The notes beneath the pieces were generated by a model. It was not told where the DNA came from and did no database searches. It saw nothing but the letters and a program-made list of their open reading frames with translations. From IMG/VR virus record IMGVR_UViG_3300049889_000047, positions 1 to 43,706 of that record: a stretch of DNA of 43,706 nucleotides; one strand, given 5' to 3'. The DNA is from a virus. Taxonomy: Duplodnaviria; Caudoviricetes. Of this stretch, positions 28,025-35,985 are shown piece after piece (positions within the stretch are counted from its first letter, which is position 1; every line of letters begins with the position of its first letter). Both the position numbers and the translations under genes were made by a program.

Positions 28025-29218
28025 TCAGACGATGGACCCGCGGCCCATGCGAGCAGCTACCGCAACACCTTGAGTCATCATGCTGATCTGGTTAGTGACC
28101 ATATCCCTTAGCTCCGTCTCCCCGATCTTCACTGTGACCTGATGGAAGTGTGTGCCCCCCATAGCTGAGTTAGGCGTAATGAAGCCACTGCCGCCCATGC
28201 GCAGGATCTCGGGACCGTGCTCGCCTACGAGGTAGCTCTTGCCACCCATCACGGAACCGCCCATAGCTTTGCCACCACCGAAGATCGATGAGAAAAACGA
28301 TCCGATGCCGTGGAGAATGCCACTGAAGAATCCTCCAATGCCGCCACCGCTACTGGTGCTGGTCGTGCCGCCACCAGCGGCTCCCGCTACACCGCCGATC
28401 GCACCTGCGCTGCTGGTGATGCCACTCAGCCCTGACAGGATCGGGGCTATGAAGTTCATAATGTCGCCTAGCCAGCCCATCAACACCTGCAGCAGTGGCA
28501 GTAGGCTGATCAGGATATTAGCAAAACTGGTGAACAGTGAGATCATGGTCGGTAGCATGGACTCGATAATCGGCAGGATTTTATCACCCATACCGCTGAA
28601 CGCAGTCATCCAGTTCTGAATCGCGGCTATCACCTGAGGCTGCAGCAAGAACTGAACCAGCTTCTCACGCAGATCACCTAGTGAAGTAGCGATACCACCC
28701 AAACCAGTACCAAGAATCGGGAAATATACTTGTGCTAGCTGAGTGACATCACCAGAGAAACCAGCCCAGAAACCTTGCTGAATAATGCCATACAGATTCT
28801 TGAGCTGTGGTTCTAGCAGCCGCACCGACATAACGGCATCTTTCATAGCCGGTGCCATGTTACGAGTTGCCGCTACAAACTCTGCTGGTGATGCCGCACT
28901 GATAGCTGTCGAGAAATTCGCCATCGCCATCTGAGCGATGTTGATCGGGTTTACTAACGCAATCAAGAAACCAGGAATAATAAGGAATATCTTAGCTATC
29001 TTGCCCAACGCATTGAACACGCCATTAACCAACGGCTTGATATTGCCAGTTAACGCAGCTCCGAACATCTTGCCAACATTAACAACAGCGTCACCCATTT
29101 TACCGAGAACAGCAGTCGCTTGTTTAGTAGACGCAATAAGGTTGCTAACAGATCCCTTAAAATTGATGAAGACAGTTCGTTGAGTGGCCATTGCGCCACT
29201 AGCGGAGGCAGCAGTCAC
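28025..29218 (-). CDS. Tape measure protein (short, 397 aa)
   Basis: Amphipathic helical body; C-terminal GKAMGGSV.GG.SYLVGEHGPE motif; synteny. Confidence 0.8.
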   Translation of the reverse strand: MTAASASGAMATQRTVFINFKGSVSNLIASTKQATAVLGKMGDAVVNVGKMFGAALTGNIKPLVNGVFNALGKIAKIFLIIPGFLIALVNPINIAQMAMANFSTAISAASPAEFVAATRNMAPAMKDAVMSVRLLEPQLKNLYGIIQQGFWAGFSGDVTQLAQVYFPILGTGLGGIATSLGDLREKLVQFLLQPQVIAAIQNWMTAFSGMGDKILPIIESMLPTMISLFTSFANILISLLPLLQVLMGWLGDIMNFIAPILSGLSGITSSAGAIGGVAGAAGGGTTSTSSGGGIGGFFSGILHGIGSFFSSIFGGGKAMGGSVMGGKSYLVGEHGPEILRMGGSGFITPNSAMGGTHFHQVTVKIGETELRDMVTNQISMMTQGVAVAARMGRGSIV

Positions 29219-29233
29219 TTACTGCGCCTCCTT

Positions 29234-30163
29234 TTATCCTGAGTAAACTTTAGCCATCCACGATGGATTTGAGCTGTACAGATCTCCTGGCTGTACCAAG
29301 TTCGATCCCGCTGCTTCGTCATAGCCACGAGACTCGGGACCTAACGTAGGCATGTAAGCAGTGTTACCTGCCCAACTACCGCCCTCGGAGCCACCTAGCG
29401 AATTGAAACCAGGTCCAGGTGTGTTGATGCCGCTAGCATTATCTTGCGCGACTGTTGTCCAGCCACCCAAGTTGCTCCAGTTTCCCTCAGTGTCACCCGC
29501 AGCTTCATCCTGACCTACCGTGCTGATTCCCGGCCCTAGGTCTGACCACACTGAATCATTGAATCCAGATCCGTAGTCAGCTTCTTGCTGCGTCGGAAAA
29601 TCCGACGGTTTGGTCAGAGCATCGCCGGTATCACCGCTGTTATCTCTACTGCCCCAGCCAGATAGCGACTTATCCATCGCTTGCTGAGTAGCCATCTGTG
29701 CGGGATCATCAGACGGTGGTGACCCACTCATAGCCATTGATGTACTTTGAGTCCATGGCGTAAAAGAAGCCGGAAAACCACTGGATGACGATGAGCTGGC
29801 ACCGAAAGGTCCGCTAGAGTCTGACGGAGGTATCGGCGGCACAGTCGATCCTACATCACTATCGGGCGGCGCATTATCCGATATCGCTGACTTCATGTTG
29901 TTAAGCATGTCTCCGGGTAGCGAATTATTAGCACCGAACATGCCTGACAAACTATTAGGATCGAAGTTAGTGCTGTATGCATCAGAGTAGGTGTTAGCGC
30001 CTTCGATCGGCTGCTCTGGTCCTACCGTAGCGCCGGCAACGCCTGTGTTCAGTCCCGCATCACCAGGATCAGGTGAGTCGAACTGGTATGCCTGACTATC
30101 TGACGCAGCTTGCGACCCTCCGAAAGCATCGCCGCCATCCGCGTCACCAATAGGGTCGCTCAC
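29234..30163 (-). CDS. Acidic Gly/Ser/Asp/Pro-rich low-complexity protein
   Basis: 309-aa ORF with RBS, between the chaperone and the tape measure. Confidence 0.7.
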   Translation of the reverse strand: MSDPIGDADGGDAFGGSQAASDSQAYQFDSPDPGDAGLNTGVAGATVGPEQPIEGANTYSDAYSTNFDPNSLSGMFGANNSLPGDMLNNMKSAISDNAPPDSDVGSTVPPIPPSDSSGPFGASSSSSSGFPASFTPWTQSTSMAMSGSPPSDDPAQMATQQAMDKSLSGWGSRDNSGDTGDALTKPSDFPTQQEADYGSGFNDSVWSDLGPGISTVGQDEAAGDTEGNWSNLGGWTTVAQDNASGINTPGPGFNSLGGSEGGSWAGNTAYMPTLGPESRGYDEAAGSNLVQPGDLYSSNPSWMAKVYSG

Positions 30164-30171
30164 AGCAGCTC

Positions 30172-30324
30172 CTACCCGCTCATCTGCCGACCTTCTGGAT
30201 CTTCTTTCTCACTCTGTTTGTTCAGTATCTCAATAGCGGTCTTAATGCCTCGCCAACCTTGATCCGCCCAAATATCGGGAGAAATCCCAGTAGCAACTGC
30301 AAGCTCTATAGTAAGCCGAGTCAC
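30172..30324 (-). CDS. Second tail assembly chaperone ORF (-1 frame; not in ORF track)
   Basis: YEAGSVTRLTIELAVATGISPDIW...; -1 frame overlapping the DPT end of the upstream gene; a GTGA overlap is also present. Confidence 0.65.
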   Translation of the reverse strand: MTRLTIELAVATGISPDIWADQGWRGIKTAIEILNKQSEKEDPEGRQMSG

Positions 30325-30716
30325 CGACCCGGCTTCGTAGGATCCATAGATTTATTATGTATATCCTCTAGCATGGACATCACAGCATCTGCGATATCTG
30401 TTGAGCTGCCTTCAGCTTCTGTCACTCTTTCGACAACCAACAACAATTCGTCATAACTTAGCGGCCCAGATACCTCATCAGGCTGAGGTAGAACATCGTA
30501 GTTATCCACAAACTCATCAAATGAAGGGACTTCGTGCTCACCTTGCTCTTTGAGTGCTAGATAAGCCAAGGAATAGCAGAAATCCATCGACGGGTTCTCT
30601 GCCATATTCCGCAACGTATTGCGTTGGCTACGCTTCTCCCATTTCTTGACATCACGCGCGCGTGCTGTCAGCATGAACGGCTTACCACCATCAGGAGTAA
30701 TCAGGAATGACTGCAT
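30321..30716 (-). CDS. Tail assembly chaperone
   Basis: Synteny; RD..KWE motif and DPT near the C-terminus. Confidence 0.65.
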   Translation of the reverse strand: MQSFLITPDGGKPFMLTARARDVKKWEKRSQRNTLRNMAENPSMDFCYSLAYLALKEQGEHEVPSFDEFVDNYDVLPQPDEVSGPLSYDELLLVVERVTEAEGSSTDIADAVMSMLEDIHNKSMDPTKPGR

Positions 30717-31234
30717 TACACTGATGTTCCTATCACTGTGATTTCATAGGACACGGACGTGCCCGCAGCTGAGTTAGCGATCTGCAGCAGGTCAGTCGAG
30801 CTAGCCGTCACCGGATACGCCGTAGCATCAGCAGGGCCAGCAACCCACATCGCGGTAGCACCTGGCCGCAGGATCGTAGTGTGCGTCGTCGCACCGAACA
30901 GGCCGGTGAACGTCGTAGTGCCGCCGCCTACCACCACGTTGTTAGTGTTAGCTGCCAGCGCTGAGATAATCAGAGCCTTGATCCTGGCGAAAGTCAACGT
31001 CGCACCTGAGCTAGGGTCGGCAAGCGCGCCGGCAAAATCGATGTTCTCCGTTGCACTGGCAGTCAGTGTCCGAGACGACCACCACGCGGTGTCGGCTGCG
31101 CCAGCGACGGTGCCACTGATCAGCGACGCACCGTAGGACCGCTGTAGGTTGGCACTGGACGTCCCTAGCGCCGGGGTGTTAGCGATCGTTGCCGCTACCG
31201 ACAGGCTGATCACTGTGGAGAGTGCCACAGACAC
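30716..31234 (-). CDS. Putative virion structural protein
   Basis: Ala/Thr/Gly-rich beta protein in the tail module. Confidence 0.6.
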   Translation of the reverse strand: MSVALSTVISLSVAATIANTPALGTSSANLQRSYGASLISGTVAGAADTAWWSSRTLTASATENIDFAGALADPSSGATLTFARIKALIISALAANTNNVVVGGGTTTFTGLFGATTHTTILRPGATAMWVAGPADATAYPVTASSTDLLQIANSAAGTSVSYEITVIGTSV

Positions 31235-31239
31235 CTCCC

Positions 31240-31278
31240 TTGTGTTGACAGTGCAGCATGTGATAGTCTGAGGTCATG
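31240..31278 (+). promoter_or_regulatory. Conserved leaderless promoter element
   Basis: ctccc-TTGTGT-tgacagtgcagcatgtga(18)-TAGTCT-6 nt-ATG. Confidence 0.85.
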
Positions 31279-31518
31279 AGTGATGAAGCGAGATGGACTC
31301 CCGATCAACAAACATCTGAAGTACGTTTCGGTCGTGGCCGTGCGCCTCGAATGACTTACATGCCTTGGTGGCGTAGTCAAGCTACTGAACTAGGGATGAC
31401 AGACGAAGGAACTTACCGACGCTGCCCTCGCCAAGGATGCCGTATCTGGGCTGGCCCTTATCGAAATACAAATGAAGCTAAGCAAGATGGCATGGATCAC
31501 GATCATTTAGCACACTAG
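31276..31518 (+). CDS. Antisense-inserted small protein
   Basis: Directly after the promoter; CTAG stop overlaps the stop of the major tail gene; CxxxxC...HxxxxH. Confidence 0.7.
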   Translation: MSDEARWTPDQQTSEVRFGRGRAPRMTYMPWWRSQATELGMTDEGTYRRCPRQGCRIWAGPYRNTNEAKQDGMDHDHLAH

Positions 31519-31979
31519 CCAACCCTAGTAAATGTTGGCACGCCAAGAATGAGCATTGTAATTGACGTCTCCTCAATCGTTCGCAGGTCGCCACCCACAG
31601 TTGGTGCCTTGATCACACAAGTTCCCGACCATCGAACATGCTCACCGACGACATCAGGCATGTGATCGAGAATGAAACCGGCATAAGCACGGCTGTTGTT
31701 CCACAGATAATCGGAGATCCCGCCGGCTCGCCAATCAGCAAAGAACTTCACCTGCAAAGCATAATCGTTGTCAGTTTCAGTCCTGAATTCGCTAAGGTTC
31801 CCTCCGTAACTCCAGGTCTTAGTTCCGTCTACCGTGTTGTTCAATATCGACCAGTTATTTAATTGCATCGACTGATCCACTCCGTTAAGAGTGAATACGA
31901 CTATTTTAAGCCTGCGAGTATGAACTAGCTGACCACTAGGGGCAGTCAAAGGACCGCCATAATAGATGGGCGCAGTCAT
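31515..31979 (-). CDS. Major tail protein (probable)
   Basis: Synteny; DW...GISDYLW, W.GT..I.AP.VGG motifs. Confidence 0.7.
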   Translation of the reverse strand: MTAPIYYGGPLTAPSGQLVHTRRLKIVVFTLNGVDQSMQLNNWSILNNTVDGTKTWSYGGNLSEFRTETDNDYALQVKFFADWRAGGISDYLWNNSRAYAGFILDHMPDVVGEHVRWSGTCVIKAPTVGGDLRTIEETSITMLILGVPTFTRVG

Positions 31980-31988
31980 TACGCCTCC

Positions 31989-32636
31989 TTAATCGGAGGC
32001 TTTAGCCTCCCCTGTAGAGTGCTGTAACAGATATGCTGCAGCAACCATTAGACGATCAGGGTCATCTTTGAACTTCCCAAGCCCAAGATTGCACGAAGAA
32101 CACAATAATCCCCTAATGCGGCCTGTCTCATGACAATGGTCTACATACATTTTAAACGCAGTACGACCTTTTCGACCACTATCTTTTGATCCACAGATTG
32201 CACATTTTTCATTCTGAGAAGATAACATTAAGTCATACTGTTCAACTGTTAAATCATGCATCGTCTTCAGTGACGATTTGCGGCTATCTATATAACGCTC
32301 TTCAGAGGTTTGTGCGGCTCTCCGTTTTTTACGATAAGCGTTATAATAAGATTTCTCACAAGGAATACAATATGATGACAGCCCAGTTAATTTACTTGAA
32401 CATTTGCGAAAATTATCTGCTAGCTTGATAGTGTCACAACGAGGGCATCTCATTCTAATTATTTGGCGACCATCCCCAACTTTAACACGGTCTATTGCTC
32501 TCTTTCGAGCAGCAGCGTATTTCTCAGGATTTTGCTTCCTCCACCAAATTAGATAATGCTTTTTACATTTACCTAAACTAGTCTGAATATTTACACAATC
32601 AGCAACAGAGCAAAGCGTCTTTATAGGTTTAGTCAT
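31989..32636 (-). CDS. Endonuclease VII-family HNH endonuclease
   Basis: Y..ML..Q..KCAIC...VDHCHETGRIRGLLC..CN.GLG.FKDDP; markedly AT-rich. Confidence 0.9.
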   Translation of the reverse strand: MTKPIKTLCSVADCVNIQTSLGKCKKHYLIWWRKQNPEKYAAARKRAIDRVKVGDGRQIIRMRCPRCDTIKLADNFRKCSSKLTGLSSYCIPCEKSYYNAYRKKRRAAQTSEERYIDSRKSSLKTMHDLTVEQYDLMLSSQNEKCAICGSKDSGRKGRTAFKMYVDHCHETGRIRGLLCSSCNLGLGKFKDDPDRLMVAAAYLLQHSTGEAKASD

Positions 32637-32676
32637 ACTATAATCTTACCACAGACTGCCTCAAACTGCACTGTGT
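32637..32676 (-). promoter_or_regulatory. Variant of the conserved promoter element on the - strand, upstream of the endonuclease
   Basis: - strand acagtgcagtttgaggcagtctgtgg-TAAGAT-6 nt-ATG. Confidence 0.7.
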
Positions 32677-33062
32677 CATCTAGCAGCAATCTCCATTTGG
32701 CATACGGTGACGTAGCACGGCAGCGCACCACTGGGGCTCGGATACGTACCCGGCGCTGACGACAGCACAACCCCCGGCGTGTAGCGCTCCACAGACTCGG
32801 CTACCGCCCCTACCAAAGTCAGCAGCTGATCAAGTGCGTACTGCGACACGCCAGTCACCAGATATAAACTCCACTGCACTGTGAGTGGCTGGCCACCCAC
32901 ACTGGCCTCACCGACGTAGCCCAACCGCGGGGGTCCGATCACCACTGCTGGCGGGCTGATCGGGGTAGCGATGTTGGTGCTGATCCTGATGCCAGGGATA
33001 ATGATCAACGCAGCAGCGAGTCGTTGAGTAGCGTCAGCGATCGGTGTCAGTGCAACAGTCAC
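32676..33062 (-). CDS. Tail terminator / head-tail completion-like protein
   Basis: Synteny; PPAVVIGPP motif. Confidence 0.6.
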   Translation of the reverse strand: MTVALTPIADATQRLAAALIIIPGIRISTNIATPISPPAVVIGPPRLGYVGEASVGGQPLTVQWSLYLVTGVSQYALDQLLTLVGAVAESVERYTPGVVLSSAPGTYPSPSGALPCYVTVCQMEIAAR

Positions 33063-33076
33063 CTAACACCTCCCAC

Positions 33077-33115
33077 TAGACTGGCAGTGCAGGTTGTGGT
33101 AGCATTCAACATGTG
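33077..33115 (+). promoter_or_regulatory. Conserved leaderless promoter element
   Basis: TAGACT-ggcagtgcaggttgtgg(17)-TAGCAT-7 nt-GTG. Confidence 0.8.
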
Positions 33116-33310
33116 ACTAACTACCTTGATCAAGCGGCCGAATACTCACGTAATGAACGAAACTGGCGAGCGGAAGCCAGTCGACTTAACACATCTTCCA
33201 GTCCTCGTGACAAAGCTAAAGCAGCTTTACTTGATCGTAAAGCAGATCGAGAACGTGAGTTTGCACAAGGCGCACTTAATAATGCATTAGGCATCAGTAA
33301 CGAACTCTAA
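33113..33310 (+). CDS. Antisense-inserted small helical protein
   Basis: Directly after the promoter; 4-bp stop overlap with 33307. Confidence 0.7.
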   Translation: MTNYLDQAAEYSRNERNWRAEASRLNTSSSPRDKAKAALLDRKADREREFAQGALNNALGISNEL

Positions 33311-33639
33311 GCTAAACCGCCCATAATCCCTAGCTGCATGTAGATGTCAGGATCAACACGCATCACCATGCCGCTGCCAACGTCTCCTAATCCCACCAGA
33401 CCATCCGGTGAGATCCGACGTACGAACCATCGGGCAGCGAGCCGGATAGTGCCAAGCTGCACATCCAGTGGCACCGTCCAGCCCCCGTGGTAGTCCAAGT
33501 CTGGCCGGTGTGCCTGGACCCAGACCATCGCTGAGTCCAGTGTCCGCTGCAATGCTTCGTCATCATGCGGGGTCAGCGCGTTGTCCAGCGTTTGATCATT
33601 CTTCAGTGCTTCCAGCGTCACCCACTGAACTTGAGCCAT
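33307..33639 (-). CDS. Head-to-tail adaptor
   Basis: LGTIRLAARW..RR.SPDG...DPDI..LLG pattern. Confidence 0.75.
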   Translation of the reverse strand: MAQVQWVTLEALKNDQTLDNALTPHDDEALQRTLDSAMVWVQAHRPDLDYHGGWTVPLDVQLGTIRLAARWFVRRISPDGLVGLGDVGSGMVMRVDPDIYMQLGIMGGLA

Positions 33640-34145
33640 CAGCGCTTAGACACGTCTGATTTCGATGGTGAGGCTGCAGGTGTTGACGTCGAGTACCGAG
33701 TAACGCTAGGACTGTACCCCGGTGCGTCAGTCTTGACTGTCTTGCTCTCCCGAGTCTGCCTGCCACGGGGTGTCTTGCCGTCGTCCTCAGTGGTCTCGTC
33801 GTCTACCTCAGGGTCGCCCTCGTAACCGAGTGCGGCAAGATTTTTCTTAGCGGCCTTCACCCGCTCGTCATTGCCGTGGCGCGTGGCGTTGCGGTGCTCC
33901 TGCATGGCCTGGCGGATCTGGCCGGCACGCTGGTACTGCACACCCATCTCCTGCGCCTTGACGATGCCAGGGTCAGGGTTACCTTGCTGGTCCAAGGTGT
34001 CTTCTTTCGCTGCTTCTAGATCAACGTTCTCTAGATCAGGGATGTCAGTGATCGGAGCCGAACCCGCGGTCTCTGGCTCTGGCAAGACATACTTCTCAGG
34101 GCCTTCAGGATCTGGCTCACCTTTAGCAATACCTTGATCAGCCAC
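33639..34145 (-). CDS. Acidic hypothetical head-module protein
   Basis: Likely GTG start at 34145 overlapping the upstream gene end. Confidence 0.6.
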   Translation of the reverse strand: MADQGIAKGEPDPEGPEKYVLPEPETAGSAPITDIPDLENVDLEAAKEDTLDQQGNPDPGIVKAQEMGVQYQRAGQIRQAMQEHRNATRHGNDERVKAAKKNLAALGYEGDPEVDDETTEDDGKTPRGRQTRESKTVKTDAPGYSPSVTRYSTSTPAASPSKSDVSKR

Positions 34146-34500
34146 CAGGCACCACCAATACCTCGACACGGAAAGTAACGGTCGGACTGCCGGTGCCACC
34201 CACAGTAGCCAACACCTGAATGTACTCAGCCGGTACGTAGGCGTTGCTCTGAGCGCTGCCTATCGCAGTCATCTGCGTAATAGCCGAGCTAGTCAGTGAC
34301 GTCCAGGTCGAGCCGTCCGGACTGGTCTGGATCACAACGTCCAGCGTCTGCGTGGTGCCACCTACCGCGGAGGCGAACACCCACAAGCCGACGTTGCTGG
34401 TCGCACCAGGGTTAGCGATCGGCCCCGACGAGTACGTGCCAGCAGCTCGCAAGGTGGCTACCGGTATCGCAGTATCTACCAATAATGGTCTTAGTGCCAT
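34138..34500 (-). CDS. Small beta-sandwich virion protein (decoration-like)
   Basis: AGTYSS...TLDV.IQTSPDG..W. Confidence 0.65.
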   Translation of the reverse strand: MALRPLLVDTAIPVATLRAAGTYSSGPIANPGATSNVGLWVFASAVGGTTQTLDVVIQTSPDGSTWTSLTSSAITQMTAIGSAQSNAYVPAEYIQVLATVGGTGSPTVTFRVEVLVVPGG

Positions 34501-34679
34501 TACCTGCTCTCCTCTACAGTGCCGTCAGCGTTCCACTGCTTCGGCAGCTTGCTGAGCAGCCCAAGATAAGCTGCCCGCTCATAGATACGCCGACGATCTG
34601 TCGGAGTTTTCGCTCGCTCAACTGCAGCCTGAATATCAGGAACCGTCTGCAGCCTTGGTGCCTCATCAGGCTCTGACAC
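34500..34679 (-). CDS. 59-aa hypothetical protein (not in ORF track)
   Basis: AAGGAG RBS; MSEPDEAPRL...LPKQWNADGT; TAATG overlap with the next gene. Confidence 0.6.
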   Translation of the reverse strand: MSEPDEAPRLQTVPDIQAAVERAKTPTDRRRIYERAAYLGLLSKLPKQWNADGTVEESR

Positions 34680-34687
34680 AGATCTCC

Positions 34688-34894
34688 TTAGACGAGTGTC
34701 GAAGTGAAATCAATAGGATTACTGGCTAACAATGTTGCTAGTGCAGACGCTGCCGCAGCAGCATTAGCCCCTAAATGAGCGACAAAGTGATCTCTACCGC
34801 TATAATATACCCAGATGTCACCATTAGTCTGTATTTCCATGTTGGTTATCTGTGCATCATGCCAGTACGAGTTGCCAGCTTTTACGTACGCCAC
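34688..34894 (-). CDS. Small hypothetical protein
   Basis: Fills the gap in the operon. Confidence 0.55.
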   Translation of the reverse strand: MAYVKAGNSYWHDAQITNMEIQTNGDIWVYYSGRDHFVAHLGANAAAAASALATLLASNPIDFTSTLV

Positions 34895-34899
34895 GCTAC

Positions 34900-35805
34900 C
34901 TACTCTCGCGCAGCTTCCAAATACTCAGCCGCCTGCCGTAGTAACTTCGGATCATCTTTAAGATTCCCGATACCTCTATTGCAGATATCACAGAGAATCC
35001 CACGAACTTTGCCCGTATCATGGCAATGATCAATATGCCACATGCGCCCATTAGCTTCGGTACGGCAGATTGCGCAACACCCATCCTGATCAGCTAACAT
35101 CTGATCATACTGCGGAATCGTAATCCCATACTGACGCAGTATGTTCACCGCACGACAACAATCACGGCAATATGCGGCATTGACTCTATCATCTTCAGCA
35201 CGCAGTTCACCACATCTTGAGCAAGGCCCTTGCATGCGGTCTAACTTGTACTGAATATTGCATTCATTACAGTACGTCGGATGCCGACCGTCTCTCTTCT
35301 TACCACAGCGAGAACAATTCAGTAACGGCTTTTTACCACCCGTACGTTCTCGAGACTCTTTAGCCAACGCCCTATGGCACGGACGACAATACGACATATG
35401 CTCTAATCTAGGCGCTTCTTTACATCTAGCACATGGCTCTGTCGTTTTCTTATTACGGTCTAACCATTCTGTGCGTTGCAATCGACAACACGCCACACAG
35501 TAAGAGTGATGATTACCTGTCATCGAACCATTACATTGTGCGCAGGTTTTACGAGTCGGGCGTGTTTTTGCCCTGTATGCATCATTAGCAGCTTTAGTCA
35601 TCGCACGATAGCAATCTATGCAATACGATGGCGCAGGGCTATTACGAGGTGCGACATGACATCTCGCGCATGGTTTATCTGATCGTTGTTTACGATGACG
35701 CGCGACATACTCACGATTATTAAACAAACGACAATTAGCGCAATAGGACTCATTCACTCTAAGCGCCGCATGACAACGCGCGCATGGTTCAGTACTCTGA
35801 GACAC
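34900..35805 (-). CDS. Endonuclease VII-family HNH endonuclease with tandem CxxC repeats
   Basis: Six repeats of C(A/S)(R/Q)C...YC..C, then YGIT..QYDQML..Q.GCCAIC...IDHCHDTGKVRGILC..CN. Confidence 0.9.
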   Translation of the reverse strand: MSQSTEPCARCHAALRVNESYCANCRLFNNREYVARHRKQRSDKPCARCHVAPRNSPAPSYCIDCYRAMTKAANDAYRAKTRPTRKTCAQCNGSMTGNHHSYCVACCRLQRTEWLDRNKKTTEPCARCKEAPRLEHMSYCRPCHRALAKESRERTGGKKPLLNCSRCGKKRDGRHPTYCNECNIQYKLDRMQGPCSRCGELRAEDDRVNAAYCRDCCRAVNILRQYGITIPQYDQMLADQDGCCAICRTEANGRMWHIDHCHDTGKVRGILCDICNRGIGNLKDDPKLLRQAAEYLEAARE

Positions 35806-35985
35806 ATCGACCCCTTACTGGTCGGTCACGCCTCGGGGTGCTGACACACCGCCGGGGCCTTATTCTGCTTAGTGTACCAGAGTATCCGTAATCAAGTGCT
35901 GAATACCTATATCAATCTCAACAACATCAAATCTCACGCAGTGTGCACAAAACATCGTTATAGATAGCATGTTGACTACAGAGAG

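Noticed and set aside
31245-31250. TTGACA (also at 43125) as the -35 of the conserved element
   Set aside because: It lies only 13 bp from the -10; the upstream TTGnnn gives 17-18 bp spacing
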